A stretch of 54,167 nucleotides of DNA from Octopus sinensis (lineage: Eukaryota): NCBI RefSeq assembly GCF_006345805.1, contig NW_021834324.1:1-54167 (forward strand), written 5' to 3'. Positions 12,812 through 24,906 of this stretch are shown here, piece by piece (position 1 is the stretch's first letter; every line of letters starts with the position of its first letter). The notes below the pieces were generated by a model. The model saw only the letters and a program-made list of their open reading frames with translations. It had not been told where the DNA came from and did no database searches. The translations under genes and the position numbers were made by a program.

Positions 12812-12952
12812 ATATGTTCCGGTTATTGATGCAGACCATGTGTAACTCGACAGCACCACTGGGGGAAGTCTTTGAACACATGTTTTGTGATGCCGTGACA
12901 CAGTCGTCTAAAGAATTGTTTGCTGGAATGTATCCAGGTGTTGTTGGTTTGT
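12812..12952 (-). CDS. Candidate 141-nt phase 1-1 internal exon
   Basis: TCAG|AC...ATAT|GTAAAT; encodes [46 protein letters not shown]; weak polypyrimidine tract; the plus-strand frame is also open. Confidence 0.2.
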
Positions 12953-13067
12953 CTGATATTTCAGAATAGAGTATATATGTATGTGAGGGGGTGCAGGTGT
13001 GTGTGTGTGTATAAATACATATGTATCTTGTATAAATATGTATGTATATATATATTATATATATATA

Positions 13068-13113
<46 letters not shown>

Positions 13114-13233
13114 ATATATATATATATATAGATATATATACATATATATTATTCAATATATAATATTTCTATCCATTAAATATATTAAAATTATACATTA
13201 TATATGTATGTATGTATATACATATAAATGGTG

Positions 13234-13285
<52 letters not shown>

Positions 13286-13288
<3 letters not shown>

Positions 13289-13635
13289 CAAGAACGGGTC
13301 GACACTGCACAGTGCTAAAGATCTTAGTAATGCCATCGCGCTTCAGGACCAGTTACTGCAACAGCCTGGGTCTCAGGGGCCCACAGCTTTTTAATATTCT
13401 CCCAAAGAGCCTGAGGATCCTGCGCAAAGTAGATGTAGGCGTTTTTAAATCAAGACAGGACCTCTTCCTGTCGAGAGTCCTAGACGAACCTATCTTACGG
13501 CACGGGGTGGAAATGAGGGTAGCTATATCAACCGCCATTCTACACCAAGTGCCACCTATTAGAGGAGGATCTCAGTAATATCAGTGTAGCAAAACGGCGG
13601 TGCCCCAGCATGGCCACAGCTCTGAGCTGAAACTA
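13286..13635 (+). mobile_element. CR1/L2-group LINE, 5'-truncated 3' end
   Basis: ORF2 C-terminus RTGRHC...GPQLFNILPKSLR...FKSRQDLFL; 3' UTR ending GGCGGTGCCCCAGCATGGCCACAGCTCTGAGCTGAAAC; embedded in (TA)n. Confidence 0.85.
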
Positions 13636-13736
13636 TATTACATATATATACATACATGGATACACACATATATATATATATATATATACGTATATATATA
13701 TATTATATATATATTATAATATATATATATATATAC

Positions 13737-13839
<103 letters not shown>

Positions 13840-14199
13840 AAGAAACAGATACATACATAAATACTTGCATGCATGTAATATATATATATTATATATATAT
13901 ATATATATATATGTACATGTCCCACATTCACTACCACAAACATTCAATTAATACAATCACACATGAATCACGTGTGATTATTCTATTACCTAAGATTCTA
14001 TTAAACATGTCGCTTCAGGTCACTTGTATAAGACTAGACCTATTAGGAGACGCATCAGTCGTCACCGGCGCTATGCATTATTCTGTCTGTAAGATTTTCT
14101 TGAAGGCAGCAGGAGGGGCTATCAACGAATGAGTATGGAAAACACACACACACACACACACACACATCAATTTAATATATATATATGTGATAGGATGTC

Positions 14200-14310
14200 T
14201 GCATCTGAACCATTTGGTTTCCGGTTCATTCCCATCTACTATACCCTCGGGCTGACCAAAGCTTTGTGACCGGATCTTTTAGACGAAAATTGAAATAAGC
14301 CCGTCGTGTG
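14200..14310 (+). mobile_element. SINE family A, degenerate 5' fragment
   Basis: CTACTATACCCTCGGGCTGACCAAAGCTTTGTG...AAGCCCGTCG. Confidence 0.65.
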
Positions 14311-14316
14311 TGGTGG

Positions 14317-14364
<48 letters not shown>

Positions 14365-14410
14365 TACCACACACACACATATATATATGACAGATAGATA
14401 GATAAATATA

Positions 14411-14590
14411 CGAGGAGTACAGAGAGCCTCCTGGATATGTGTCAAAGAAAATAGAGGAGGATCAGTTAATAATGATTTTATTCAACATATCGCCCTCTCA
14501 GATTCACACACACCAGCGGTTCTTCAGCTTTCCAAAGCACTGTAACGAAGTCGTAAGTTTGGGCCGCCATCAAGGCGTTTCGCAACACAC
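14411..14590 (-). mobile_element. Mariner-type transposon 3' fragment
   Basis: Minus strand ends ...CVNLRGRYVE* (cf. mariner KCV..GDYVE*); TA-CGAGG terminus at 14409-14415. Confidence 0.5.
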
Positions 14591-14634
14591 TTAAAGCCAG
14601 AATCTTTTCAGCAGCAGCAGCTCGTAATTAGACA

Positions 14635-14671
<37 letters not shown>

Positions 14672-14785
14672 AATATATATATATATATATACATACATAT
14701 ATATATATACGTATATACGTAGGTACATTATACATATATATACGTTTATATATATAAATATATACATAGTTATATATATATATAC

Positions 14786-14852
<67 letters not shown>

Positions 14853-15085
14853 TATATATATATTACATATATATATACATAGATAACGTTTATATATATA
14901 AATATATACATAGTTATATATATAATATATATACATATATACATATATACATATATATATTACGTATATATACTTATGGTGTATTATGGATATATATATG
15001 TGCTTAAGTTTTAATTGCTTGATTTGCCTAATAGTGGTTTTATCTCTAATTTAATAATATATATATATATTATATATATATATAT

Positions 15086-15137
<52 letters not shown>

Positions 15138-15143
15138 CGGATA

Positions 15144-15193
<50 letters not shown>

Positions 15194-15245
15194 ATAATAA
15201 TATGCATACATGCTTATATAGATATATATATATATGATATAGAAG

Positions 15246-15290
<45 letters not shown>

Positions 15291-15608
15291 TACATTCGAA
15301 GCGCGGAGTAGATGAAAGAGGGACAACTGATGAAGGGGAATATTCTTTATGTTGCATGTCTCGTTTCTCTGTTTTTTCCTTTGTTCGAAAAAAAGTTCGT
15401 TTCTAGGTTTTTGTTTTTATGTTCAACGTTTTTTTTTATGTCCTGTACCCATATATGCATATATATATACATATATGTGTGTATACTTTGATACTTTGAT
15501 AGGTTTCGGCTATTATTGGCCCAGGCCATGTCTAACTTAATAGCACATGCATATATTTATATATTATTTATATTATTATATATAAGTAAATATATCTATA
15601 TCTATATA

Positions 15609-16095
15609 GATTGAGACTCTATTCCTTAGAGCGTAGGCGAGAAAGATATGCCATAATATACATCTGGAAGATCCTAGAAGGACTTGTCCCAAACTCTGGC
15701 ATCGAGAGTTACACAAATGCCAGAACTGGGCGCCACTGCATAGTGCCGATGACTCCAAATTTGCCATCAAGATGTAGGACAAGATACTGTGATAGCCTGG
15801 GCTTCCGAGGCCCACAGCTCTTCAATATCCTCCCGAAGAACCTAAGAGACCTGCATGGGTTGGATGCAGATATCTTTAAAATGAAACTGGATCTCTTCTT
15901 GTTAGGTGTCTCAGATGAACCAACTTCACGGCAGGAGGTGCAGATGAGGGCAGCTGCATCGAACTCTCTCATGCACCAGTTGGCATTTGCTAAAAAGCAT
16001 TCGTGAAGTAAAATCATGTAGCAACACCAAATGGCGGTGCCCCAGCATGGCCACAGCTTGTGAGCTGAAAACTAATAAAATAAAATAAATAAAAA
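15609..16095 (+). mobile_element. CR1/L2-group LINE, 5'-truncated 3' end
   Basis: ORF 15611-16006 RLYSLERRRERYAIIYIWKILEGLVPN...GPQLFNILPKNLRDL; same 3' stem-loop tail as 13286-13635, then A-rich tail. Confidence 0.9.
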
Positions 16096-16135
16096 ATATA
16101 TACTATATATATAAAAGTATTATATATATATATAA

Positions 16136-16172
<37 letters not shown>

Positions 16173-16614
16173 AATATATTTTATATATATATATATATAA
16201 AAGTATATTATTCTTATATATATATATATATATATTATATAATAATATATAAGAATATATATATATATAAAAAGTATATACATATGTGTGTAATATATAT
16301 ATATATATACATATTTAGGAGGAGAATGTGTATGTATATACCTATGTACTTTAGATATGCCTATATATGGTGTGTGTATATATATATATATTTAGTTATA
16401 TATATATATATATATATATATATTTACATATACACATATACAGACACACACGTATACATACATGAGTACACACACTCTCGCAATCATGCATATATTGTCA
16501 TTCGGAACACTCGTAATGTATGTTATGTCTACATTACTTATGATGGCAAAGTGCGAGAACGTGCTTCCGTATGATTTCCGCACGTCTGTGTATGAGGAAG
16601 AGAAAGAGAGAGGG

Positions 16615-16645
<31 letters not shown>

Positions 16646-16890
16646 GAGAGAGAGAGAACGAGAGAGAGAGAGAAGTAAAGAAAGAGAGTGAGGATGAAAG
16701 AGAGGAACAGCGTCTATACGTCAGTGTGTGTGTGTGCATACCCGATAGATATGATTAACGGGCCATTCCGCTACTGAACACTGGATAACTATGAACGGTT
16801 GTCTTCCGTTGTACCAGTATTCTAAGGATTGTGTAGCACATACTGACACATACACAGACGCATACGGACAAGCACATACACAAAGACACA

Positions 16891-16926
<36 letters not shown>

Positions 16927-17040
16927 GATACAAATACACATAGACACATACTCATACAGCATCTGTCTTACACATGCGTAGTGACATTCATGCCTATCTC
17001 CAAGTAGGAACTTCTAAACTAGAACCTATATATATATATG

Positions 17041-17098
<58 letters not shown>

Positions 17099-17312
17099 TA
17101 TATATATATATATATACATATAATATACATACATAGATATATATATAATATATATGTAATATGTATATATATTTATGTATATATGTATATATATGTATAT
17201 ACACATATTATATATATGTATAACATTATATAATATACATATATGTATACATATATATATATGTATATATGTATATATGTATATGTATAATATAATATAT
17301 ATGTATATATAT

Positions 17313-17360
<48 letters not shown>

Positions 17361-17377
17361 ATATATGTCTATATATA

Positions 17378-17420
<43 letters not shown>

Positions 17421-17456
17421 TCAACTCAGAGCTGCGGCCATGCTGGTGCAACCGCC

Positions 17457-17458
<2 letters not shown>
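17421..17458 (-). mobile_element. Solo CR1-like LINE 3' tail
   Basis: Reverse complement GGCGGTTGCACCAGCATGGCCGCAGCTCTGAGTTGA inside (TA)n. Confidence 0.7.
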
Positions 17459-17506
<48 letters not shown>

Positions 17507-18087
17507 TACACATACAGTATATATGTATACGTATATTCCGATACTATATATATAGAGATGCATACATGTATATATATACAAAAATACATATAGGTAGTAA
17601 TACATGTTGCGATGTATATGTATGTATATATGTATGTAATATATTATGCATATTACTTTTAGATAGACATGCACAAAGCACCTAATCACATACATCTGCA
17701 CACACACACGCACGCACACACGCACACACACAAACGCAAACACACACACACACGTGTGTGTGTGTGTGTGTGCGTTTGTGTGTGTCTGTGTGTTTGCGTT
17801 CTGTGTATCTGTGTGTTTGTGCATAATTGGTGCATATGCACGCATATCCGTATATACGCAATATGAATGCACTTTGTGCAATAAAGAGGGTGCAGCAGAG
17901 AAACCCAAGAACAATGAAGGCACGTGCTCACTTATGTTATTGGCGAACAAACCCGAAAAGCATAGTTTTACATCGTATGTCTATGAATATGTGTGTGTGT
18001 GCTTGTATATGTTCAACCGCGCGCACCCACACACACACATATATATATATACAATATATATATATACATATATATGTATGTATGTAA

Positions 18088-18127
<40 letters not shown>

Positions 18128-18129
18128 TC

Positions 18130-18340
18130 AAAATGTGACCACCTGTGTACAGTTGGCGATTTTTTCCTCCGTCTTCCCTTCTTTGGATCTATCCTTTTCC
18201 TGTGTTTCTGACGAAGAGCTCCGCTCGAAGCGTTAAATCCTCCTTCTTTCTTCCTTTCCTGGGCGTCCAATAACACTATACTTGTTCCACGTCCTCGCGT
18301 TGTTGTGTTTCTCTTGTGTTTTCATGTTTGGATTAACTAT
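18130..18340 (+). mobile_element. Repeat family E2 with minimal hammerhead-like motif
   Basis: TTT-CTGACGA-A-GAGC-tcc-GCTC-GAAG-CGT-T-AAA at 18205-18237; downstream part matches 20524-20612 and 3853-3913; flanked by (TA)n. Confidence 0.6.
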
Positions 18341-18344
18341 ACAT

Positions 18345-18374
<30 letters not shown>

Positions 18375-18379
<5 letters not shown>

Positions 18380-19110
18380 ATATATATATATATATTTTAT
18401 TGAAATGGATAAATGAATTATCTTGTTACGGATTATTCAAAATTTAACCGATACCTGGGTAGCAAAAATCACAACAGAAAAAACACGGTTGAGGTTAAGA
18501 CCATGGGGTGTCGCAACCGTGCCTTAGCGCGGATAATTGAAGTTTTATAACGAAGATTCTACAAAATTCCTTTTTATTAATTTCTACACATGTTTCAAAG
18601 GCTGCAAATTCCCTAATTCGGATTGAATAAGGAGACCATTTTGCAGCTTTCTCTTCAGGAAAATCAGGAATTTAAATCTCCAAACAAATGCGCAGCAAGC
18701 TTTTCGAACAAAACGCTCCCTAGGAGCCCATGGTATGAATGGCACATATATATATATACTTTTTTTAAAAGCAACAGAAATATCACAAAAACTGTTACTC
18801 AGAGTTTCAGGTATCCGTTCGTCGGACAGTTTTGCTTGAATGGAACAAAAATGACGATATAATCAAACAAAAACAAAAAAAACACTAGTTTACATTTACA
18901 CCTTTGAAAATGGTTTTGCTTCATTGGTCCTTTCTACTAACGGTCTTAAGTATGCAATGAACAAAATAAATTCAATATAAATTCATCCTATTGTAAAATC
19001 GAAGAAAACCTTAAATCGAAGGAGAGATTCCAAATACATATGGTAAATAATCATGTACGAAATATAAGTCAATTACTACATTAAAATTAAAATTTAAAAT
19101 TTTCATGTTG
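18375..19110 (-). mobile_element. Putative Penelope-like element terminal-repeat fragment
   Basis: Carries an intact type I hammerhead motif; follows a (TA)n run; boundaries approximate; no RT or GIY-YIG coding sequence seen. Confidence 0.4.
18581..18663 (-). ncRNA. Type I hammerhead ribozyme motif, intact core
   Basis: TTTC-CTGAAGA-GAAAGCTGCAAA...TTTGCAGCCTTT-GAAA-CATGT-GTA|GAAA; 12-bp stem II, quasi-palindromic stem III, GUA cleavage triplet. Confidence 0.65.
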
Positions 19111-20465
19111 TATTACATAAATATTTTTTCAGGAGTATATACGCATACTCGACCATCTATAATATACATATATACACCAAAAGGCACAGATGCATGTACA
19201 TAGTTATATATATATATATATATGTTTAGACATACATATGTAAGACATAAGTATATACACAAATACACACATATGCAATATATGTATCCACACATGCACG
19301 CGTACAGAATCTCTTGGTGTATACATATACAGGACAGTTATTGCAGACGAGAGAAATATGAAGTGTGCCTGAAGTGTAGGGAGGAGAGAGAGAAAAAGAA
19401 TATGAAACAGAGACGTAAAAACTAGCGAAAGAGAAAAAGAGAAAAAGAAGAAAAAGAGTAAAAAAGGAGAAAAAAAAAGAAGCATCTTAAAGGCGCTAGC
19501 AACCGTTAGCTGAAAGGGCCTATCAAACAAAACCATTTTTAAAGGTGTAGCCTTTAAACTAGTTATTTTGTTTTTGTTTGAATTATATCGTCATTTCTGT
19601 TCCATTCTAACAAAAGCGTCCGACGAACGGGAATGTGAAACTCTGAGTAGCAGTTTATGTGATATTTCTGCTGCATTTAAATATAGCATATTACCCTACC
19701 TCTGGTATTTAAGTACTCTTTTGTTACCACCTTGTTCCACATTTATGTGCTTACTCCGGTATATATATATATATAAGCAATAATAATTCTCTGAGCGAGG
19801 TATAAACAGTAGCTGCACGACATCGTGAAGTATATTTGCCACTTAAATGTGACTAACCCTTAAGGGTGGATGCTACTGTAGCTTGTAGCCCCAGGAAGAC
19901 ACCTCCCCCAGCTGGCTATTGTCACATTTTCTGTGTCCTATCAGTATTTGCACAGGGAAGTCATCGTTCCCATCTCCAACCCGACGTGATAAACTCGGAC
20001 TTGAAACTACTGTATAAATCCCTCTGAGAGATTTAGAAATGTATTTTATATATATATATATATATATTCATGTACATCTACATATACAAATACATACATG
20101 GACATATCCATACATCCATGCATTCGTTCATTACGAAATTCAATATATATTTCAAAGATTCTCCAGGAATTTTTAAATGATAGTACGGGAACTCTTTGTT
20201 GAGTGTAAAATGTAGAATATAAAACGTAATGACGCATACGAGCAAGCAAGCGCATTGAAGCACCTGAAGGCTAATGAGACGTTCACACAAAATATATGTA
20301 TAAGACATACACTTACATATATGTACACCAAGCCAGCGATATATTTACAATCTCCGCGAACTCTCTTAACTCAAAAAACTTGTCACATTGCGAGTGACTG
20401 ATTTGAACTCCATTAAGAAGCACTTAAAAATATGTCCATGGAAATTTATTTACATCCATATATAT

Positions 20466-20502
<37 letters not shown>

Positions 20503-20523
20503 GTATATAAATATATATATATA

Positions 20524-20612
20524 TAGTTAATCCAAACAAGAAAACAAAAAAACAGCAACGCAAGGATGTGGAACAAATAAAGTATTATTGGACGCTCAGG
20601 AAAGAAGGGAAA
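20524..20612 (-). mobile_element. Repeat family E2 fragment lacking the ribozyme part
   Basis: Reverse complement of 18245-18340. Confidence 0.6.
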
Positions 20613-20660
20613 CAAAATATATACATCTATATAGAAAGATAGATAGATAGATAGATAGAT

Positions 20661-20706
<46 letters not shown>

Positions 20707-20718
20707 GTATATATATAT

Positions 20719-20752
<34 letters not shown>

Positions 20753-21121
20753 GATATATATATGTATATGCATATACATATATATATATAATATATATAT
20801 ATATCTATATAATGTATATATATATATTATATTCATGTGTACATATATTACATACACCAGCCGACCCTCATGCTTGGGCAATTCTAACGTTCAGAGAATA
20901 TCAGACAAATATATGACAATCCACGTTAAGTGACAGCAAGTTCTCACAACATGGGCGTGAGCTGCAAGGAAAATATAGAAAGTAATAGATTTCATGACTG
21001 TTATAATCCTATGTACCGAGGTTACACGTATACACACAAAGTGTGTCTTTTAAAATATATTTATATACAGGTACATGTTTGTGTATGTGTATGCGTGTAT
21101 ACGCATGTACATATAATTAAA

Positions 21122-21272
21122 GTGAGAATTTACAGAAAACAAAAGATGAAGATGGCTGTGTAAACAACAAGCAGATGTATTAGTTTAACGCTCGGGAAGT
21201 GAGAAAGTCTTTTACGTTTCGAGCCTACGTTCTTCGACAGAAAGAAACACAGAAAAATAAACAGGGAGAGAT
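21122..21272 (-). mobile_element. Repeat family E1 with degenerate hammerhead motif
   Basis: Minus strand 21245-21208: TCTTT-CTGTCGA-A-GAAC-gtag-GCTC-GAAA-CGT-A-AAAGA. Confidence 0.6.
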
Positions 21273-21341
21273 TATAGAAAAAGGTTTCGTGGCTAATGAT
21301 ACATGTATGTATATATTTATTGAAGCATGTATATATGCTGA

Positions 21342-21530
21342 AGTACGTGGCTTGGTAGTTAGGGGCTGTTGGAACTCAAGACCGTAAGATTGCGGTTTCG
21401 ATCCCTGGACCAAGCGATGCATTGTGTTCTTGAGCAAAACACTTCATCTAACGTTGCTCCAGTCCAGTCAGCTGGCAAAAATGAGTAATCCTGCTATGGA
21501 CCGTCGTCCATCCAAGAAGGGCACGGAATG
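21342..21530 (+). mobile_element. tRNA-headed SINE-like element (family D, single copy here)
   Basis: A-box-like TGGCTTGGTAGTT, B-box-like GGTTTCGATCCC, CORE-like TTCTTGAGCAAAACACTT. Confidence 0.5.
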
Positions 21531-21602
21531 TATGCACCACCGAATTCGGAAAACAAGCTTCATGAGCCTATGACTCGTGAACAACTTTGACCCTTTTTGC
21601 CA

Positions 21603-21653
<51 letters not shown>

Positions 21654-23127
21654 CTTATGCACACAGTCAACAACACACTCACCTATACGTATTATGTATG
21701 TTTGTATGTACGTATGTATACACGCACCGCCGAACTCACACCAGTATAGATTCATTTATAGTAACTTGCGTCAATCCACCATATGCAAGCAAACTGCACA
21801 TAACTACTTCGACTGAACACCTCAACCCAGAAACAGCTGTATAGGACTACTTGTTCTCTCCACCCACTTTCTTGCGAGGTTTTGACTAGTACTTTCACAG
21901 ATTATACTTACCTATCGAGGCTGAACCATCACAAAGGACCAATCAAATTCTCCTCTATCTTATCAACGGCATTAATGTACGGATTTCCTATATTTGTACT
22001 TGTCTTTGCGGAATCACTATCAAATTTCACTCTGCAGATTCTCTCGGTTTTCTGCTAAATTTATCAATTGTTGTGCTCCCTTTTGTATAAGCATGTTATA
22101 TAAATGACTCGACGCCTTGCAATCTGGAAACAACAACAATGTTATCAGGTTGAACTGATTCTAAAGGAAAGCTAAGTTAAAGGAAGATATGGTGCCACGT
22201 TTTAAAGCAGTTTATCGGGATGTATTCATACTCCAGCATATTTGTCTCTGCACGCACGCAGAGAAACACATGCAAGATAAGGTATCATTTGCCACATTAA
22301 CCCACCAGTGACAATCTACCAACAGTGAAAGGAAATAATGTAAAACGAATGGTGGCATCAGTGGAATCCATTGACGCAGTGATCGATGACATCACCCACT
22401 CTTTCTCTCTCTTTCTTTCTTTGTTTCTTTCGCTTTCTCTCTCTCTCTCTCTCACTCTCTCTTTATTTCTCTTTCTCTCTCACAATTTTTATTATTTCTA
22501 TGACGTGGTTGATGTACTATACAAAGTGATGGATATATCACTCTGAGAGGTTATGATAGGTGATGAAAGGAAACGTATAGATTACATACACAGTTATTCT
22601 TACATTGCCTCTCCTTGTGCTGGATCTTCAACTCCTTGACTCCTAGGGTGCCACTGTTACATACGGTGTGTCTTGGGACATTTTTAGATTTAGTGAAGTC
22701 CGTTCCCCTTTATGTTTAGCCGCAGCCAGTTTCTTCCGACAGAAAAAGTTAACAAATGACACACAGGTATCGACCCAAGTACAGCACTCTTACTCTATTT
22801 ATTGACGTAGAAACGATAAAATACAGAACTACCCTCGGTGCGATTCGAACCCTGAGTGCAGAGAGCCGGAATATCTGACTGTTATTGTTCCCCCCTTCTA
22901 AGACGCTGTGAGACATAATGTCTTGTCTCATACTTCTGTTTTATATAACTCTCTTCCTTGTGTTTGTTTCTATAATGAACATAACCCCATTTCTTTCACA
23001 ACTTTTAATAAAGCCATGGTTTGTTTTGTTTTTGGGTGGGGGTTCACCTTTTTATTTTTGTGACTCCCAAGCGGTTGCTTGGGGCCTGTTCTATTGCTGG
23101 TTACTTTCCTCCGAAGCAGAACAGAGA

Positions 23128-23128
23128 T

Positions 23129-23166
<38 letters not shown>

Positions 23167-23171
23167 ACTAC

Positions 23172-23203
<32 letters not shown>

Positions 23204-23217
23204 CTTCTTCTTCTTCT

Positions 23218-23249
<32 letters not shown>

Positions 23250-23300
23250 TTTCTTCTTCTTCTTCTTCTTCTTCTACTACTACTACTACTACTACTACTG

Positions 23301-23346
<46 letters not shown>

Positions 23347-23347
23347 T

Positions 23348-23425
<78 letters not shown>
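23128..23425. repeat. Compound trinucleotide microsatellite (CTA/CTT/TAA/CAA)
   Basis: Directly visible; source of the poly-L/Y/S/T/N ORFs. Confidence 0.97.
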
Positions 23426-23426
<1 letters not shown>

Positions 23427-23707
23427 GACGTGGTCAATAAGGAGTGTAGACGTGATACCAATGGGAATTAATGCTCTTGGAAATATCAGCACTCAACTAC
23501 CAACATGGCTGAAAAAGATCGGTGCAAGTGTGAAGGTAGAACTCCTACAAAAATCAGCATTGCTTGGAACTGCAATTCTTCGCAGGGTTCTTGAAGCATG
23601 ACCGGTAAACAAGTGTCCTCTCAGTCTGCGCTGGATGTGGTCAACTGACACTTCCCGTCATACCCAGCAAAATAATCTGTGATTTTTCATCACATGATGA
23701 TGATAAT
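23426..23707 (+). mobile_element. R4/Dong LINE, 5'-truncated 3' end
   Basis: WSIRSVDVIPMGINALG...LLQKSALLGTAILRRVLEA* directly after (TAA)n; ends in TGATGATGATAAT. Confidence 0.85.
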
Positions 23708-23782
23708 GTCTTCTACTATAGCCTCAGGCCGACCAAAGCCTTGTGAGTGGATTTGGTAGACGAAAACTGAAAGAAGCGCGTC

Positions 23783-23813
<31 letters not shown>

Positions 23814-24052
23814 TATATGCATGTATGTGTATACGTTTGTGCGTCTGTGTTTGCCCTACCAGCATCGCTTGAGAACCTATGCTGGTGTGTTTACGTCCCC
23901 GTAACTTAGCGGTTCGGCAAGAGAGACTGACAGAATAAGTACTAGGCTTACAAAGAATAAGTCCTGGGGTCGATTTGCTCGACTAAAGGCGGTGCTCCAG
24001 CATGGCTACAGTCAAATGACTGAAAAGGTAAAAGAATATAAGAGTAAAAGAG
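23708..24052 (+). mobile_element. SINE family A, head-truncated
   Basis: Core, internal (TA)n, middle domain and tail CAGTCAAATGACTG...GTAAAAGAG. Confidence 0.9.
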
Positions 24053-24224
24053 TATAGTATGTAAAATATATGATCACATGACTAATGCAGTCCTTCTAAT
24101 ACAGGAAAACCTCAAACTAAGACACATCAGGGAAGCCCACAGATCTAGGGACCCCCTGACAACGAAAGGCATGAACCCTCACCTAAATATTCTCTAATCT
24201 ACAGGCGTATGGTTAAACAACTAG

Positions 24225-24446
24225 AAGGGGGTGAGCTGGCAGACTCGTTACTCTGCCGGGAGAAATGCTTAGTGGTATTTCATCTGTCCTTACGTTCTGA
24301 GTTCAAATTCCGCCTTGGTCGACTTTTCCTTTCATCCTTCTGGGGGTCGATAAAATAAGTACCAGTTGAGTACTGGGGATCGTTCTAATCGACTTATCCC
24401 TTCCCCTAAAATTTCAGGCCTTGTGGCTATAATAGGAAGGATTATT
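24225..24446 (+). mobile_element. SINE family B with B1 tail
   Basis: A and B boxes, GGTCGAC...AAGTACCAG domain, tail AAATTTCAGGCCTTGTG...GAAGGATTATT. Confidence 0.85.
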
Positions 24447-24906
24447 CTGGTAGCAACTGAAATCTCTCAAAAATGGAATCAGATAAACAAGTTCTGTTGC
24501 TGCTTTTGGTTGAAACATTCCTTATGCATGAGAACTCTTAGAGCCAATTTGGTATTGTACGTTAAAGAAATGATAGATTTCATGTTCTACAGCTAAACAG
24601 CAAACTGCTTCTCCCCCCCTCTTTCTCTCTCTGTCTTTCTTCTTTCTTTCTTTCTTTTTTTTTCTTTCTTTTTTTCTTTCTTTCTTTCTGTCTTTCTTTT
24701 TATCTCTCATGCTACGCAGTTTTTAATTTCCGGAAGATGAATTGATATTCCTGTAGCTTTCGTCCTCTTCGAGTCAGTTCTGCTGCTAGGTAACTCTATT
24801 AAAATGTGAAACCAAGAATTCAAGTGGGTTTTTTTTTGTCTTTTGTTGTTACTATTGTTGTTATTGTTGTTGTTGCTGCTGTTGCTGCTGTTGTTGCTGT
24901 TGCTGT

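Noticed and set aside
15295-15545. CTGATGAAGGGG and GCCGAAACC as hammerhead halves
   Set aside because: On opposite strands, each missing the other half of the core; probably repeat remnants (15515-15545 recurs reversed at 31190-31220)
21812-21845. GAAACAGCTGTA, a palindromic stem III
   Set aside because: No CTGANGA core or stem II upstream
24762-24782. Reverse CTGACTCGAAGAGGACGAAAG
   Set aside because: Core does not match CUGANGA and stem II cannot form
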